DNA of 64,000 nucleotides from Corallochytrium limacisporum Hawaii. Taxonomy: Eukaryota > Protista > Pluriformea. The DNA lies in assembly GCA_002811645.1 (NCBI GenBank), contig PDIP01000064.1:30521-94520 (forward strand), written 5' to 3'. The notes under the pieces were generated by a model. It was not told the DNA's origin. It was given only the letters and a program-made list of their open reading frames with translations, and did not search any database. Both the position numbers and the translations under genes were made by a program. Positions 23,742-35,800 of this stretch are shown here, one piece after another (positions within the stretch are counted from its first letter, which is position 1; every line of letters begins with the position of its first letter).

Positions 23742-26675
23742 ATGGCGGGACGTCGCCGGCAGTTTGTAACGGCCAAAGACCAAGGTCACAATATGCCATT
23801 CTATGCTAAGCCGACGCAGCCAACCACAGCCGAGATCATGGAACAGGCAAGGGCCTCCTTGGCACAGCCTAGCCGTCCGTTTACGCCGGCCGTAGGAGGA
23901 CGTGCTAATAATGACATGGAATTTATCCGTGGAGGAAATGTAGACAAGGGGATATCTCTTAAGAGACAGGGATCAATGGGACGTGCCGCTTTTCTTGCAG
24001 ACCTGGAAGCCAGTTCAGCGTACCCAACTAGACAAGGGACCGCTAATTCATTGCGCGCGCGCCACAGCGATGTAGGAACCGAGTACGTGAGGCCTTCACC
24101 ATTGGTACCAAAACCACCGGACCGTCATGGTTCGGGACGGAAACAGAGAGGTGCAACGGGTGTGGATCCTATGAGAGGACCAAACAACAGCTCAGGCTCG
24201 CGAGATTCCATCGACTCATATAGGCCAGCTCCGGACAGTGGATCAATAGGTCACAAGCCGGTCGTGCCTCCCTCGTCCGGGAAACCCATGCGACCTACAG
24301 GTGTCCGTAGGAATTTGCTGCGCAGGCCGTCCGATGCTAACGATTTAAAGGCTTCACCACCTTCCATATCAGAAGAGGCTATATATGAAGGAGATTACCA
24401 AGTGCCAATCCAGCAACGCGGACATTCAGCCATTGAACGTAATGCGGAAGATGCCCGGTACCATCAAACCATCTCAGAGCGACAGGAGGAACGGCTACTC
24501 AAGTCTTTGGAGCTTACAGTGACGGAACTGTGCGAAGATTTGGTGCCAGACTGCCACATAGTGGACTTGAGGGCTACGGCAGAAACATTACTGAACTGTA
24601 CCTACGACCAAGAGTACGAGAGCCTGGGTACGGACTTCTTCAGTCTGGTAGTGCGCAGTTGTATCCGCCTTATGGACCTCAAGGATGCGTGTCTTCTTCT
24701 TCGTTTGTGTAAGATCATTCTAAGAACCACTAATAGTTCGCGAACAATGACCAATTGCTTCAAGATGATGCACAAATTGTCTGGTGACAACAGAAATGAT
24801 GTCACATTCCAGGAAGAGAATGTCTTTGATGAGCTACTGGCTGCCCTGACCGGAAGACTTGATCATTTTGATGCCCACACGGAAACGGAAGGCAGAGCCA
24901 GCGTTGCGGGTACACTGAAGAACTTGACCATGAACATAGAATTAATGAGTATGGGATACAATGAGGGCGGCTTTGCGGGTTCAGAGCGCTCTAAGAACAC
25001 CTCGTTGGCGAGAATGAATGTCGCCGATGTGATTGATGGCGTTTATTACGTCCTGGAATCTGCACTCCAAAGAGTGGCGGCTGAGATTCCATGGTCTTAC
25101 TATGAAATGACCGCGGTACTTCACGCCTTTGGGATTTATCGCAACTTGATTACTCTCATAGATGTGAATGAGAATTCCACGCGTGTCCAGCTGCAACATC
25201 TGGTATGTCGGGAAGACCTCATGGCGGTGATCGGTCAATTCATTTCCTATTTACCTGGCGCTACGATGAAGGAAGCGGTGGATAGGAATGTAGATGTGTA
25301 TATCATGGGTATTCGGGAATTAGTGTTGCAGGTAGCCCGGATCATGGGCAAGATCACGGTTTGGCGACGGGCCATTCCGCTGTTGTACGGCGGGCAAGTT
25401 AACAGGCAAGTCGTCATTGGAGATGAAGACAGAGAACTTGACGACAGGTGCAGCACCCAAGCACAAGAGTTCCTCAGGGAGATTCTCAGTTCAATATTCC
25501 AAATGACGGTGACACACAAGGAACATTATCCCTGCGCCACCCGCTTGCTCTTCGTATTGGGAAACCTTACGGCCCATGCAGTGGACTCTGGTCTGTTTGA
25601 TGCGCTGTACTTTGTGGATGGTCCCGAGCAGTTGCTGGACTTGTTCGACTTCTATCTCATGACGGATCCTGAAGTGGCTGCTCTGCTGGCGGCAGATGGT
25701 AGTCGAAAACGGCCAGGGCCTGGTCTGACAGGTACATACAAGAACGAAGGGCCCGTGGAAACGGCGCAAACGGGCGCGGGTGCACCGCAGACGGAGTGCG
25801 AGGATCTTTTGGTAAAGATGGTCCGTGTCCTCACCAACCTTGCCATTTCTCCCGAATTTGGACCGGAACTGGCCAAGGCTCAACCGGTAGGTGGCGTCGT
25901 CAGCATTCTTGCTGTCAAATCTCTACAATGCAGCGAAGAAATGATCCTCAACGCAGTTGCATTCATGCACAATCTCAGTTATTACTATGTAGAGGGTTTG
26001 TCGATCACAGCGGGACACCTTGGGGAGGCTGACGAGAATCAGATGATCAAAGTTTGCAAGTTGTTGCACCCAATCCTTCTCTGTGACAACATTGAAGCCG
26101 TCATGGAGACAGTTCGAGTGTTTAGCAACTTTGCTCGGCTTCAGTGCGTGCGGGCATACATCAACAAAAGTGGAGTGGACCGTATCTTGACCATACTGCT
26201 AGATGCTGAGAACTTGGACCTTTGCGCTGCAACCTGTGGAGCGTTGATGAATCTCATGGGCCAGCGTGAACATCGTTGGATCTTGAAGGAGTACGGCGGT
26301 CCTTCAGCTTTAATTGACCTCATCTCCTTCGCACCAGAGCGCCTCGGTGTGGCCACTACTGCCTGTAAGGTTCTATTCAACTATTGCAGTGCTGCACTCG
26401 AAGAGGCTGATGACAACGACATAGGCCAGGCCATCTCGTACGAGGAATTCTGTCTCCTTACGCAGACCATCGAGCAAAACGTTTCTATCATGCTGCGCAT
26501 GCTGCAGTCTCAAAACCATAGTACGGAAAACCTTGATGATGACGAGGAGGAGGGCCGTCAGAGCCCTAGCGCTGCCAAACCTGCCTTCCACCCTGCCGCG
26601 ATGGAGGACTTTGTTAACGTCGCGCGACGCCTGGGCACAATTATGGCAACTTCTGCAATTGAGCCCACGTGTTAG
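23742..26675 (+). CDS. ARMC2: Armadillo repeat-containing protein 2 (PF27, radial-spoke IFT adapter)
   Basis: N-terminal TTAEIMEQARASL..SRPFTP motif and C-terminal ARM repeats (LFVLGNLTA, LVKMVRVLTNLAI, EEMILNAVAFMHNLSYY) typical of ARMC2. Confidence 0.85.
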   Translation: MAGRRRQFVTAKDQGHNMPFYAKPTQPTTAEIMEQARASLAQPSRPFTPAVGGRANNDMEFIRGGNVDKGISLKRQGSMGRAAFLADLEASSAYPTRQGTANSLRARHSDVGTEYVRPSPLVPKPPDRHGSGRKQRGATGVDPMRGPNNSSGSRDSIDSYRPAPDSGSIGHKPVVPPSSGKPMRPTGVRRNLLRRPSDANDLKASPPSISEEAIYEGDYQVPIQQRGHSAIERNAEDARYHQTISERQEERLLKSLELTVTELCEDLVPDCHIVDLRATAETLLNCTYDQEYESLGTDFFSLVVRSCIRLMDLKDACLLLRLCKIILRTTNSSRTMTNCFKMMHKLSGDNRNDVTFQEENVFDELLAALTGRLDHFDAHTETEGRASVAGTLKNLTMNIELMSMGYNEGGFAGSERSKNTSLARMNVADVIDGVYYVLESALQRVAAEIPWSYYEMTAVLHAFGIYRNLITLIDVNENSTRVQLQHLVCREDLMAVIGQFISYLPGATMKEAVDRNVDVYIMGIRELVLQVARIMGKITVWRRAIPLLYGGQVNRQVVIGDEDRELDDRCSTQAQEFLREILSSIFQMTVTHKEHYPCATRLLFVLGNLTAHAVDSGLFDALYFVDGPEQLLDLFDFYLMTDPEVAALLAADGSRKRPGPGLTGTYKNEGPVETAQTGAGAPQTECEDLLVKMVRVLTNLAISPEFGPELAKAQPVGGVVSILAVKSLQCSEEMILNAVAFMHNLSYYYVEGLSITAGHLGEADENQMIKVCKLLHPILLCDNIEAVMETVRVFSNFARLQCVRAYINKSGVDRILTILLDAENLDLCAATCGALMNLMGQREHRWILKEYGGPSALIDLISFAPERLGVATTACKVLFNYCSAALEEADDNDIGQAISYEEFCLLTQTIEQNVSIMLRMLQSQNHSTENLDDDEEEGRQSPSAAKPAFHPAAMEDFVNVARRLGTIMATSAIEPTC

Positions 26676-27311
26676 TAACTGTTGAAATCCATTGTATAAA
26701 CATCATGTATATAACAAGTGTCATAAGGAACCGCACCGTACGCCCACTGAATGGAAGGCGCTCAAAGCATGCTGGTGATGCTCACTGCCGTCTCCGGACT
26801 GCCCCGAGTGGCCACTAACCGGAACCCTCCCTCCGTCCGTACCCGCCGGAATTTCGGCCGTTGTTTACCTTGTTGTCGACGACCAATGGAATTTTTCCAT
26901 TGCTGAGGGGAAGAAAGGCCGGGGAGCATCTCGAAAGGATCGGGGGGCTGGGAGTTGAGCAGACTCTTGGTGGGGTTGGGAAAAAGAAGAGGGGAGATGC
27001 TGGAACGAGAAGGGCGGAGGAGGGGGAGTGGTGGTTTGCGGAGACTCTACATTGCGCAGAATTCTGATGATAGATGGTGGGGGAGGGGCTCTGCTCGCCC
27101 CGCCCACTTTTTCGTATGAGTCTTATCATCGCGTTCGGAACAACATTGCTGTGGTGGTCTCATGATGCAGGGCCCTTGTCGTTTGCAGTTAATGCGCAGG
27201 GTATTCCATGCCATACATCTAAAGTCAGAACCAGAAGAATGATGTGCGAGCACTGCTTTGAGATCTTTCAGCTGCAGTTGTTCAGTTGCAAGACCACGGC
27301 ACTTGTCCAAC

Positions 27312-30300
27312 ATGTCTGTTAACTTCAGGCTGCGGCAGCTTATGCACGCATGCGTGCTGGTATCCCTGGGCATTGTCCTGGGAATGCTTTGGACCGAGTC
27401 ACTATCCCTGAGCCATCCTGATGTAGCGTTCACTTATGAGACTATGCGTTTTGATCCGGTGCTTGCCAAAACTGTGGATGTTTCCGATCGACAGATCTGC
27501 AAGGCGCACGCCCACGACAAGCTGATTACCCGGTTTACTGACAAGGCTATGTCCTCTACAAGACCACCCATCAGGCGCCCCCCTGTACACAGGCCTACAA
27601 GGCCTGGTGATGATACCATTTGGGTGCACATGGTTCCGCACACCCACGACGACGTGGGCTGGCTGAAGACGGTTGATCAGTATTACTATGGCGCAAACCA
27701 GCCCACCGCTCGTGCAAGTGTGCACTGGATCCTGGACACTGTCGTTGAGGAACTCTGGAAGGACCCGGACCGCAGATTTACCTACGTGGAAATGGCTTTC
27801 TTCTATCGTTGGTGGAGCGAACAGGACGGAGAAACAAGATCTCGAGTTGCCAAACTAGTGAGGGAAGGCCGCCTGGAGTTCCTGAACGCGGGATGGTCCA
27901 TGAACGACGAAGCTTCCGTGTACTACCAGGACACCATTGACCAGATGACTTTGGGACACCGATTGATCTTTGGAGAGTTTGGTGCGGTACCAACGGTGGC
28001 TTGGTCCATCGATCCCTTTGGCCACAGTCAGGAGCAGGCATCGCTGTTTGCACGCATGGGTTTTGATGCTATCTTCTTTGGGCGCATTGACTATCAAGAC
28101 AAGATGAAACGTGACAACGAACGCAGCCTGGAAATGATCTGGCACGGATCAAAAAGCATAGGCGAAGAAGCCGATCTCTTCACTGGTGTGCTCTACAACC
28201 ATTACGGACCTCCTGCTGGTTTCAATGCCGGGTGGAATGACCCCATCATGGACAATCCGGAGCTGGATGGCTACAACTTGCCAGACATGATTGACATGTA
28301 CATCAACGCAGCCTACGAATATGCAAATCACATGGCCACAAATCAGGTGATGTTCACCATGGGCGGTGACTTCAACTACGAAAATGCCCACGTGAACTTC
28401 CAGCAGATGGAGAAGATCATGGGACACATCAACGAAATGCAGGAATTCAAGGGCAAGAAAGTTCGTGCCTTTTACTCCACCCCGTCCCAGTACGTCGAGG
28501 CCCTGCATACAGCGAACATTACCTGGCCGACCAAATCGGACGATTTCTTCCCATACGCAGACAGGCCGACCGCGTACTGGACTGGATACTTCACCTCTCG
28601 AGCCAATCTTAAGGGGTATGTTCGTAGCTCAAATGCAGTGCTCCAGGCCTGCCGCCACTTCGAGTATTTGTCGGTCCCGTTCCCGAAGAAGGATGATGAC
28701 GACTCCCCAGCACAATTTGACGGCCTTTCTTTGCACTTGGCTGAAGAATTGGGCATCCTGCAGCACCACGACGCTGTAAGTGGCACTGAAAAACAGTTTG
28801 TGGCTGATGACTACGCCAATCGTCTGACCCGTGGTCGCCGCATTTGCCATGGATTCATGACTAAAGCACTGGAAGATTCCCTGGGGTCTGGAAGGATGCC
28901 GTTTGATACTAGCAATGTGGAACAGCCTCCGCCTCCCGACCAGACCTATCACACCTGTGACATGCTGAACGTGACTAGTTGTGCCGTCACAGAGAGCAGC
29001 GACGACTTCCATGTGGTCGTGTATAATCCACTTGCTCACTACCGCGTGGCCTATGTAACTATTCCCGTGGATGGATTCTATATGTCTCGATCTGATGGTC
29101 ACGTTGATCGTAAGGCTCAAGCCAACTCAGCGTACAGGGTGTGGGATGCCGTGTCCATGCATCCCATGGAGCATTCCATCTTGCCTTCTCCACGACTTCC
29201 CGTGGATGCGGGCCCTGCAATCAATGGCCCAGCCTTACCGCAGCCGGCTCCGAGTGTCATTACCGTCCCTGTTCTTATAGCACCCTTCGGGTTCCGCATC
29301 ATCAATGTGGAATCAACCCTTCCTCCACCTCTTCCAACGCCGCCTCCAAGCCACCGTCCGATCGGGGTTGAACGCACAGAAGGTGTATCCAGTGCCAACT
29401 CTGACATCGACAATGTGGAAAACGAGCAGTTTAAACTAGTTTTTGATGAGGATACTGGTTTCCTCGATGCCGTGTGCATCAAGAGTGTCACAAGCGAAGA
29501 AGAGCTCCATACGGGATGCCACCACCACGAGAGTTGCCCTTGTCCTGCGGGATCTCAGTACCTTCGTGTTTCCCAGGACTGGCGCTTCTACGAAAGCAAC
29601 TCTGGTGGTACCTCGGACTTGAGGAACACAGGTCAGGCCAGTGGTGCGTACATCTTCCGCCCGAAAGACACCGAAGAACCGGAGTCCTTCCGTCGTCTGC
29701 GGCACCTGAGCTCCAAGCCTGTCCCCACTGAGGTGTTCCGAATTCCCCTGGCCAAGGGCAAAGCTCCTCCGAATGACCACGACCAGGAAGCGCATTTCAT
29801 CATAGAAGTACACCAGGAAATCACGTCATGGATCACACAAGTCATCCGTCTATATCCTGGAGATATGCCGCTTGCGCGTGCAATTGAGATTGAATCCACC
29901 ATCGGTCAAGTTCCCGTCAGCGATGGTACTGGTCGCGAAGTGGTCATGCACTTCCATACTGGCATTGACTCTGGGGACACCTTCTACACCGACGCTAACG
30001 GTCGTGAGATGAAGAAGCGTGTCCGCAACCATCGCGATACATGGAACTTGACGGTCACTGAGCCTGTGTCAGGCAACTATTACCCAGTGAACACTCGCAT
30101 ATCCCTTCGTGATGATGTTCATGAGTTTGTGCTATTGACCGACCGCAGTGTCGGTGGATCCTCACTTGGCAGCGGTGAGTTGGAAGTCATGCTGCAGCGG
30201 CGCACCCTCCATGACGACGCGCGGGGTGTTAGTGAACCACTGGATGAGAAGATTCCAGTTGCCGGCGACCACAACTCGGAGATTGGCATCATCACTCGTT

Positions 30301-30929
30301 CCAAGCAATGGATTACTGTCCAGCCTGTTGCTTCTTCTGCGGAGCTTCACCGTCCGCTCGCGCTCGAGATCGCACACCCCGTCTCGACATTCTTTGCGAA
30401 AGGAAAGTACGAGCCAACGACGCCTGATCCTCCGCAAGTGCACATGAACACCGTGCTTCTTGGCAACCAGGGACTGGCAGTGGATGGCGATGAATCGGCA
30501 CTCTTCGATCCGTCTAAGTACCCCATCCTCGACGTGCTGAGTGGCAAGGTTGACATTAGGGCCAGTCTAATTCCAGATCAGCTCCATCTCTTAACCCTGG
30601 AGCGTTTGGATCATTCCTGGGTCCTGCTCCGTCTCGAGCACATATTTGAGGCGCACGAGTCCGATGCGGGTTCGACGGCCGCCGCTGTCGACCTACAGCA
30701 CCTGTTTGGACACAAACTCGCCATTGAGGATGTTATCGAAGTGGGTCTGTCTGGTTTGCCACGGCGTCATCGTCGCAAGTTTGTACCCCAAGACCAATAT
30801 GACAATAACAACCAGCCTGAGGATCTCGAGTTCAGTGCTCCATTATCCCACGTCAATGGCACCCTGGTTACCCTGGGACCAATGGAAATTAGCACCCTCT
30901 ACGTCAAACTCCGCACTGCATCCGGTTGA
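27312..30929 (+). CDS. MAN2B1: Lysosomal-type alpha-mannosidase (GH38, MAN2B1-like)
   Basis: HTHDDVGWLKT, WSIDPFGH, YWTGYFTSR, QHHDAVSGTEKQ and FYTDANGR motifs; N-terminal signal/anchor. Confidence 0.93.
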   Translation: MSVNFRLRQLMHACVLVSLGIVLGMLWTESLSLSHPDVAFTYETMRFDPVLAKTVDVSDRQICKAHAHDKLITRFTDKAMSSTRPPIRRPPVHRPTRPGDDTIWVHMVPHTHDDVGWLKTVDQYYYGANQPTARASVHWILDTVVEELWKDPDRRFTYVEMAFFYRWWSEQDGETRSRVAKLVREGRLEFLNAGWSMNDEASVYYQDTIDQMTLGHRLIFGEFGAVPTVAWSIDPFGHSQEQASLFARMGFDAIFFGRIDYQDKMKRDNERSLEMIWHGSKSIGEEADLFTGVLYNHYGPPAGFNAGWNDPIMDNPELDGYNLPDMIDMYINAAYEYANHMATNQVMFTMGGDFNYENAHVNFQQMEKIMGHINEMQEFKGKKVRAFYSTPSQYVEALHTANITWPTKSDDFFPYADRPTAYWTGYFTSRANLKGYVRSSNAVLQACRHFEYLSVPFPKKDDDDSPAQFDGLSLHLAEELGILQHHDAVSGTEKQFVADDYANRLTRGRRICHGFMTKALEDSLGSGRMPFDTSNVEQPPPPDQTYHTCDMLNVTSCAVTESSDDFHVVVYNPLAHYRVAYVTIPVDGFYMSRSDGHVDRKAQANSAYRVWDAVSMHPMEHSILPSPRLPVDAGPAINGPALPQPAPSVITVPVLIAPFGFRIINVESTLPPPLPTPPPSHRPIGVERTEGVSSANSDIDNVENEQFKLVFDEDTGFLDAVCIKSVTSEEELHTGCHHHESCPCPAGSQYLRVSQDWRFYESNSGGTSDLRNTGQASGAYIFRPKDTEEPESFRRLRHLSSKPVPTEVFRIPLAKGKAPPNDHDQEAHFIIEVHQEITSWITQVIRLYPGDMPLARAIEIESTIGQVPVSDGTGREVVMHFHTGIDSGDTFYTDANGREMKKRVRNHRDTWNLTVTEPVSGNYYPVNTRISLRDDVHEFVLLTDRSVGGSSLGSGELEVMLQRRTLHDDARGVSEPLDEKIPVAGDHNSEIGIITRSKQWITVQPVASSAELHRPLALEIAHPVSTFFAKGKYEPTTPDPPQVHMNTVLLGNQGLAVDGDESALFDPSKYPILDVLSGKVDIRASLIPDQLHLLTLERLDHSWVLLRLEHIFEAHESDAGSTAAAVDLQHLFGHKLAIEDVIEVGLSGLPRRHRRKFVPQDQYDNNNQPEDLEFSAPLSHVNGTLVTLGPMEISTLYVKLRTASG

Positions 30930-31109
30930 AGGTGAAAGTGACACAGGTTAGTAATCTCCCCTTAATATTATGTTACAACGTGCTAGTGTATTCAATGTGT
31001 ATGATGATGTCAGAAATGGATTGTTGATTGATGACGACGACGACAATGACGATGATGAAATGTATAGGAAGGAAGTGTTTGGTAGTGAGATTGAAACTTC
31101 TCTGTGAAC

Positions 31110-31718
31110 TCAAAGATGATCCTTAACGGCATTGCAAGAAGTGACGTACCGCTCATAGTCAGCAACCTGCCACGCATTACCCGCCGATGCTTTGACATCC
31201 GTTGCAAGGTCCCGGTAATAATGGGTGTACAGAGGAGCACCACTGGCGACACCGACGTAGTTCAGATCGCTGTTGCACTTACTCAATCCATCCGGGCCGC
31301 CGCGTTCGGCTGCGAAATCCTCAATCGATCCTTTCTTGCCACCGGCTTTTCTTAGCACATCCTCAAGCTTTTCAATCTCTGACGGACCTGCGTTCATGCC
31401 CACCAGAAAAAGGTTCCCACCGCTTCTATCGAGGCCTAGTTCCTTAAGAGCAGCAGTGATCTGTTTCTCCGGCATGAGCACGTAGAGGAGCTCCGTACCG
31501 ATTGCTCGCGTAACCATTTCATTACACTCCTCTCGCAACAGGGCGGATACAGCTCCACTCATCAAGTGGTCCAGCGAAATAATATGCTTTGCATTTACCA
31601 GTCCACACCGTTTGTATGTGCCGGTCATGATTTCCTTCTTCACCGCCGACAAGTCCTCTACGCCGTCATAGACATGAACCTCAATCTTCTGGCCCGATGG
31701 TGCCGTACACTGGTTCAT
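31110..31718 (-). CDS. CGI121: EKC/KEOPS complex subunit CGI121/TPRKB
   Basis: LVNAKHIISLDHL...TRAIGTELLYVLMPEKQITAALKELGL matches the Cgi121 family pattern. Confidence 0.85.
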   Translation of the reverse strand: MNQCTAPSGQKIEVHVYDGVEDLSAVKKEIMTGTYKRCGLVNAKHIISLDHLMSGAVSALLREECNEMVTRAIGTELLYVLMPEKQITAALKELGLDRSGGNLFLVGMNAGPSEIEKLEDVLRKAGGKKGSIEDFAAERGGPDGLSKCNSDLNYVGVASGAPLYTHYYRDLATDVKASAGNAWQVADYERYVTSCNAVKDHL

Positions 31719-32856
31719 TGTGTTCCTCTTTGTCTGCTCTCTATCCCGTTTTGCATATGGACTATAACTCTACTGCTCTGCGGACCATGACCACATCGCG
31801 CAACATGAACCACTCGTACCTTGTCCGCGCCAGATCTTTCACAAAACACGCTCTGTGTCAACCGGACACTGCTTTGGCCAGCCTGCCTTCCCCATTTCAG
31901 CCACCCCGCTCACTCACTTCGCTTGCTCTGGATTCAGCAAAATATTTCCAGCCAGTTGATGTCGAGGGCGGGCAAAGTATATGGACTCCCGATCTCCCCT
32001 CTCCCACACTCTTCCCCAGAGGTGAATGAAAATGGCAGGACGAAAAGTTCATTTGGCACAACGTACAAACTGGCACAAAGGTATCATTTTTCCTACGATA
32101 GGGTCCACCGATAAAGGAGGGGCGATCTCGCACCAGTTCCTCCTCCCGTTCTCTCTCGCCCAAAGGGTCTTCCGCCGTTGATGGAGGCGTCATCCCGTTC
32201 TATTGCGAATGTTCAGCCAGCATCCCGTGTTTTGATTCGTACCATCGCCTTGCAGTGACATGAGATGATCCATGTACAAGGGTCAGTGGATCCCATGATG
32301 GTCTGATTCGAAAACAGAGATTGATTGTGTGTGAGTTGTGTACGGTGTGGTGGGGTGAGGCGGTGTATGTGTAGTAGTGTGCAGTAATCTCTTGCTACAA
32401 CAACTGTCATCTTCCCGCAAGGCAAAGAGAAGGCAGGATATCAAAAAAGTTGACAAAATAAGAAAGCGGGTTAGCGATTGCCCCACCTCCCACACAATGA
32501 CCGTTACTCTGGGTGTCCACATCCTCACATGCGCAAGCGGACTGCCGAACATGCAGCAACGCCCCCAGTGCACCGGACCTTGGAGGTAACGGACCAAACG
32601 GCAAGACCCATTGTAGACCAAAAAAAAATAACCCAGACCCGATCCATGATTTATTGGTCCCATTAATGGCCCACCGAAATGTGTTCCTTATTCTTTTGGG
32701 TAAGGTCCTCCACTTTAGTGGGGAGGTAAGAAAAGAAAACGTAATCTCGCCGTTTAGACAAAGTACTACTCCGCAGGAAAGAAAGGAGGGGGGGGGGAGA
32801 CTTTAAACGACAGAAAAGTCACTTACCCCCAATCAAACACCTCCCCCCCCCCCGAA

Positions 32857-32878
32857 AACCAACCAACCAACCAACCAA
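32857..32878. repeat. (AACC)n microsatellite
   Basis: aaccaaccaaccaaccaaccaa. Confidence 0.8.
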
Positions 32879-35800
32879 ATCATGGCAAAACTAAATTTCG
32901 ACTGCTGCTTCAAAAAACAGATCCGGCGGTATCCATATACTGCAAGCAGCTTACCCGGTTGTTTGGTGTGTTTCGCGGACAACACGCAGCCTCGCTCTCA
33001 CTTCTATTCTCTTACTTCTCTCAACTCTCTCACACAACACGCTCTCCGTGGCTCACGGACGACGAGCGAGCAAGCGCGAGAGCATGCCGGCAACGGAGAT
33101 CAACAAATCTCCAGATACAGAGACACAGCGACACACTCGCACTCACGCACACACGGAGCCCCGTGAGCGAGAGCGAGAGCGAGAATAGAAGAATATTAGG
33201 GAGCGGGTTTGGACGCGAGTGTGGGGAGTGTGAGTGTTTTAATACTGTTGCCACGGTCATGGCCCGCATTTGGCAAGGTCGTAACGTTCGGAACCAGCTG
33301 CGCAACTTTTCTATAGTTTCTTTTTCGTACCCCTCCGCCCCAACCCACCCCCCCTTCCTCCCGCTTTGGTGGCCAAGCAAAAATCGTTTTCCTATTCTAT
33401 AGCCTAGAAGGTACTCCGTTGCTGCCGGGCCGGTGGTTCCCGTGTATATTTTTGTAAGTTAACTCCCCCCGGGGCTTCCGCCGCCCACCAACTCTGTCCT
33501 TAAAGTCTTTCTAAGATCAATCTCCGTACTGAACTCCAATGAATGAATGCCAAAGCATGCGTTCATTTATTGAGAACGGTTTTGGGCAGGACATCCTGAA
33601 TTGTGTAAAAGGAAACGGATGGCTGGTACGGGGCTTCGATTTCATTACGTCGACAAAGCCACTCCCGCCCTTACACAACACCCACTGACGTGAACGGTAG
33701 GTCAAAGTACGTAACAGTATGGCTTCTGCGGTCGTCTCATGTGCGCCAATCTTGCTTTTCCTGGAGGATTGAATGGCATGTGACCCCCAAGCACACATAC
33801 TGAAAGGCTGACACTGGCCCTCGATTTGTGTGTGCGTTTGCGATGTCAACCCCGGGCAGGAGCCGCGGATTGACGCAGCACCTGTTGCACGAGCAACCGC
33901 CAAGGGAGAGAATAACTACTGCTAACAGGGAAAGAACCCCATTTCGCCCCCGCCCCACTGCGGATTGGGTAGAGGAAGAAACAGGGCAGGAAAAAGTTCT
34001 GGTGGGCAGTCAGGCGGAGACGGGGGGAGGAGAGAGAGGAAAGGGACAAGAGGGCTAGGAGAGAGAAGCCGGGAATTCCTCATCGGCGCGGGCGGGCGGT
34101 CGGACGTTAGTGATTCCTCCTTCCTAACCGTCGTTGCTCATCGCCGGCTGTCCTATTGTTAATGTACTTGCATCACCAGTACGTAACATGTCAAGGCATC
34201 AACTGGCATCCAAAGTGTACAAGATTGCCAGAGAAAACCGGGCAATGCCCTCCGACATCAACACTGGGACACATGCGGACTTGTCCGGTGTCCTCTTGCT
34301 CGGATACCCAGAAACAACCGACTTGAGCAGCGGCCTGAGTCGGCTAAAATTTCACCGTAGTACGGTACGCAGTTCCACCTTCCAAGGAATGGTGACGCCT
34401 CATTCATCGTCGTATGCCGAACCCTAAAGACTACGATGCAACCCTCCATCATTTTGAACAGCAATAGGGAGCTTAAAGAATGAAACAAGAAGGCTCATGC
34501 GAGAATTTACCACACTGTTAACGTCTGTCCATCTCCCCAAGACCAATACAGGTTTATTGAATGAATTGTGCCTTCCTGTACGCTCTGGGACCTGGCATAA
34601 TCACTCGATCGCTGGTACAATCCGTGGTGTCTAGATAAGTGAAGCTTCCTTGGTATGGTTAATATGAAGATGATGTCCATGTCTCAAACGAGAAAACGGA
34701 TAGGCAAGAACAAACAAGAGTGTTTCTTGGCCGGCCTTACGTAAGCGCGGAGTTAGTAAGCAACAGGCACCACTGGGGCAAAATTAGGGTTGTTGTGAGG
34801 ATATACACATAACAGCGAAAAGAAAAGCTCACATTGCACTACTGGCTGGCAGAGATACGGATAATTACTCGTCAATTACAGGCGCAGGTGTGACTGTCTG
34901 TGAGTGAACGTGTCCGTGTGTGACAAGGTTACAATCCAATGAGGTGCCAGCTTTTCAAGCATTACCCATTACCTATTAGGTCTGTTGGCGAAGAAGGATG
35001 GCTAATGATGCAGATGATATGGTCAGATAGCAACTGTCACTTGAGGCAGCAATTCGGAGCCGTTTATCTCATATCGGACCGCCTACAAGAAGCACATTTA
35101 TTGCTCCTGAGGGCAACATAGTTGACCAAGCAATACACTATTGTTTTTGGGAGTGGGCCCATAAATTCTTGGAGAGGATACAAATGGTATGCAATGATAA
35201 CCCGGCGGTATGGGTTTGCGAGTCATATCTTGAGTGTGGCTTTCTGATCGCCAGCACATGGTTAATGACGCGCCAACAACGATGATGTCCAGCTAAGTTA
35301 AAAGAAGCGCCCGCAGCCACACCAGGAACGTGTGAGAGAGCAACCTTAGCGGAGGAAGCTATCCGAGGAGGGCACATGCGAGGCCTGACCAACATCATCG
35401 TGTGGATGACGGGTTGTTTCTGGCAAAGCCTGGCCTATGCCTCCGGCGAATTGGACTTGTGTCAGTGTGTGCATTTGTCGAGCTGTCGTTTCTAAAAAGT
35501 CCGCGCCTGTGTTTTCCAGTAACCGTATAGTACAACAGAACACAATGGCAAAGCCACGCACACTCCGGCGCTGCCATATTTGACAGCCGAAGCAAAGGGT
35601 ATCACATTCCACATGCCCCCAGGCAAATTTCAACCACAGGAGAACTAGGCGACCACAACAAAAAAATACTCAGGGGACGATGCTGCGCTCCCCAGTTCAA
35701 GTGTGTAAGGGGCTCGGGACCCCATTTGGTCCGCACTCTGTGGGTATCATCTATCATTATCTAGAGATGTTGTGCTATTTTGTCACAACTGAGAAAACCG

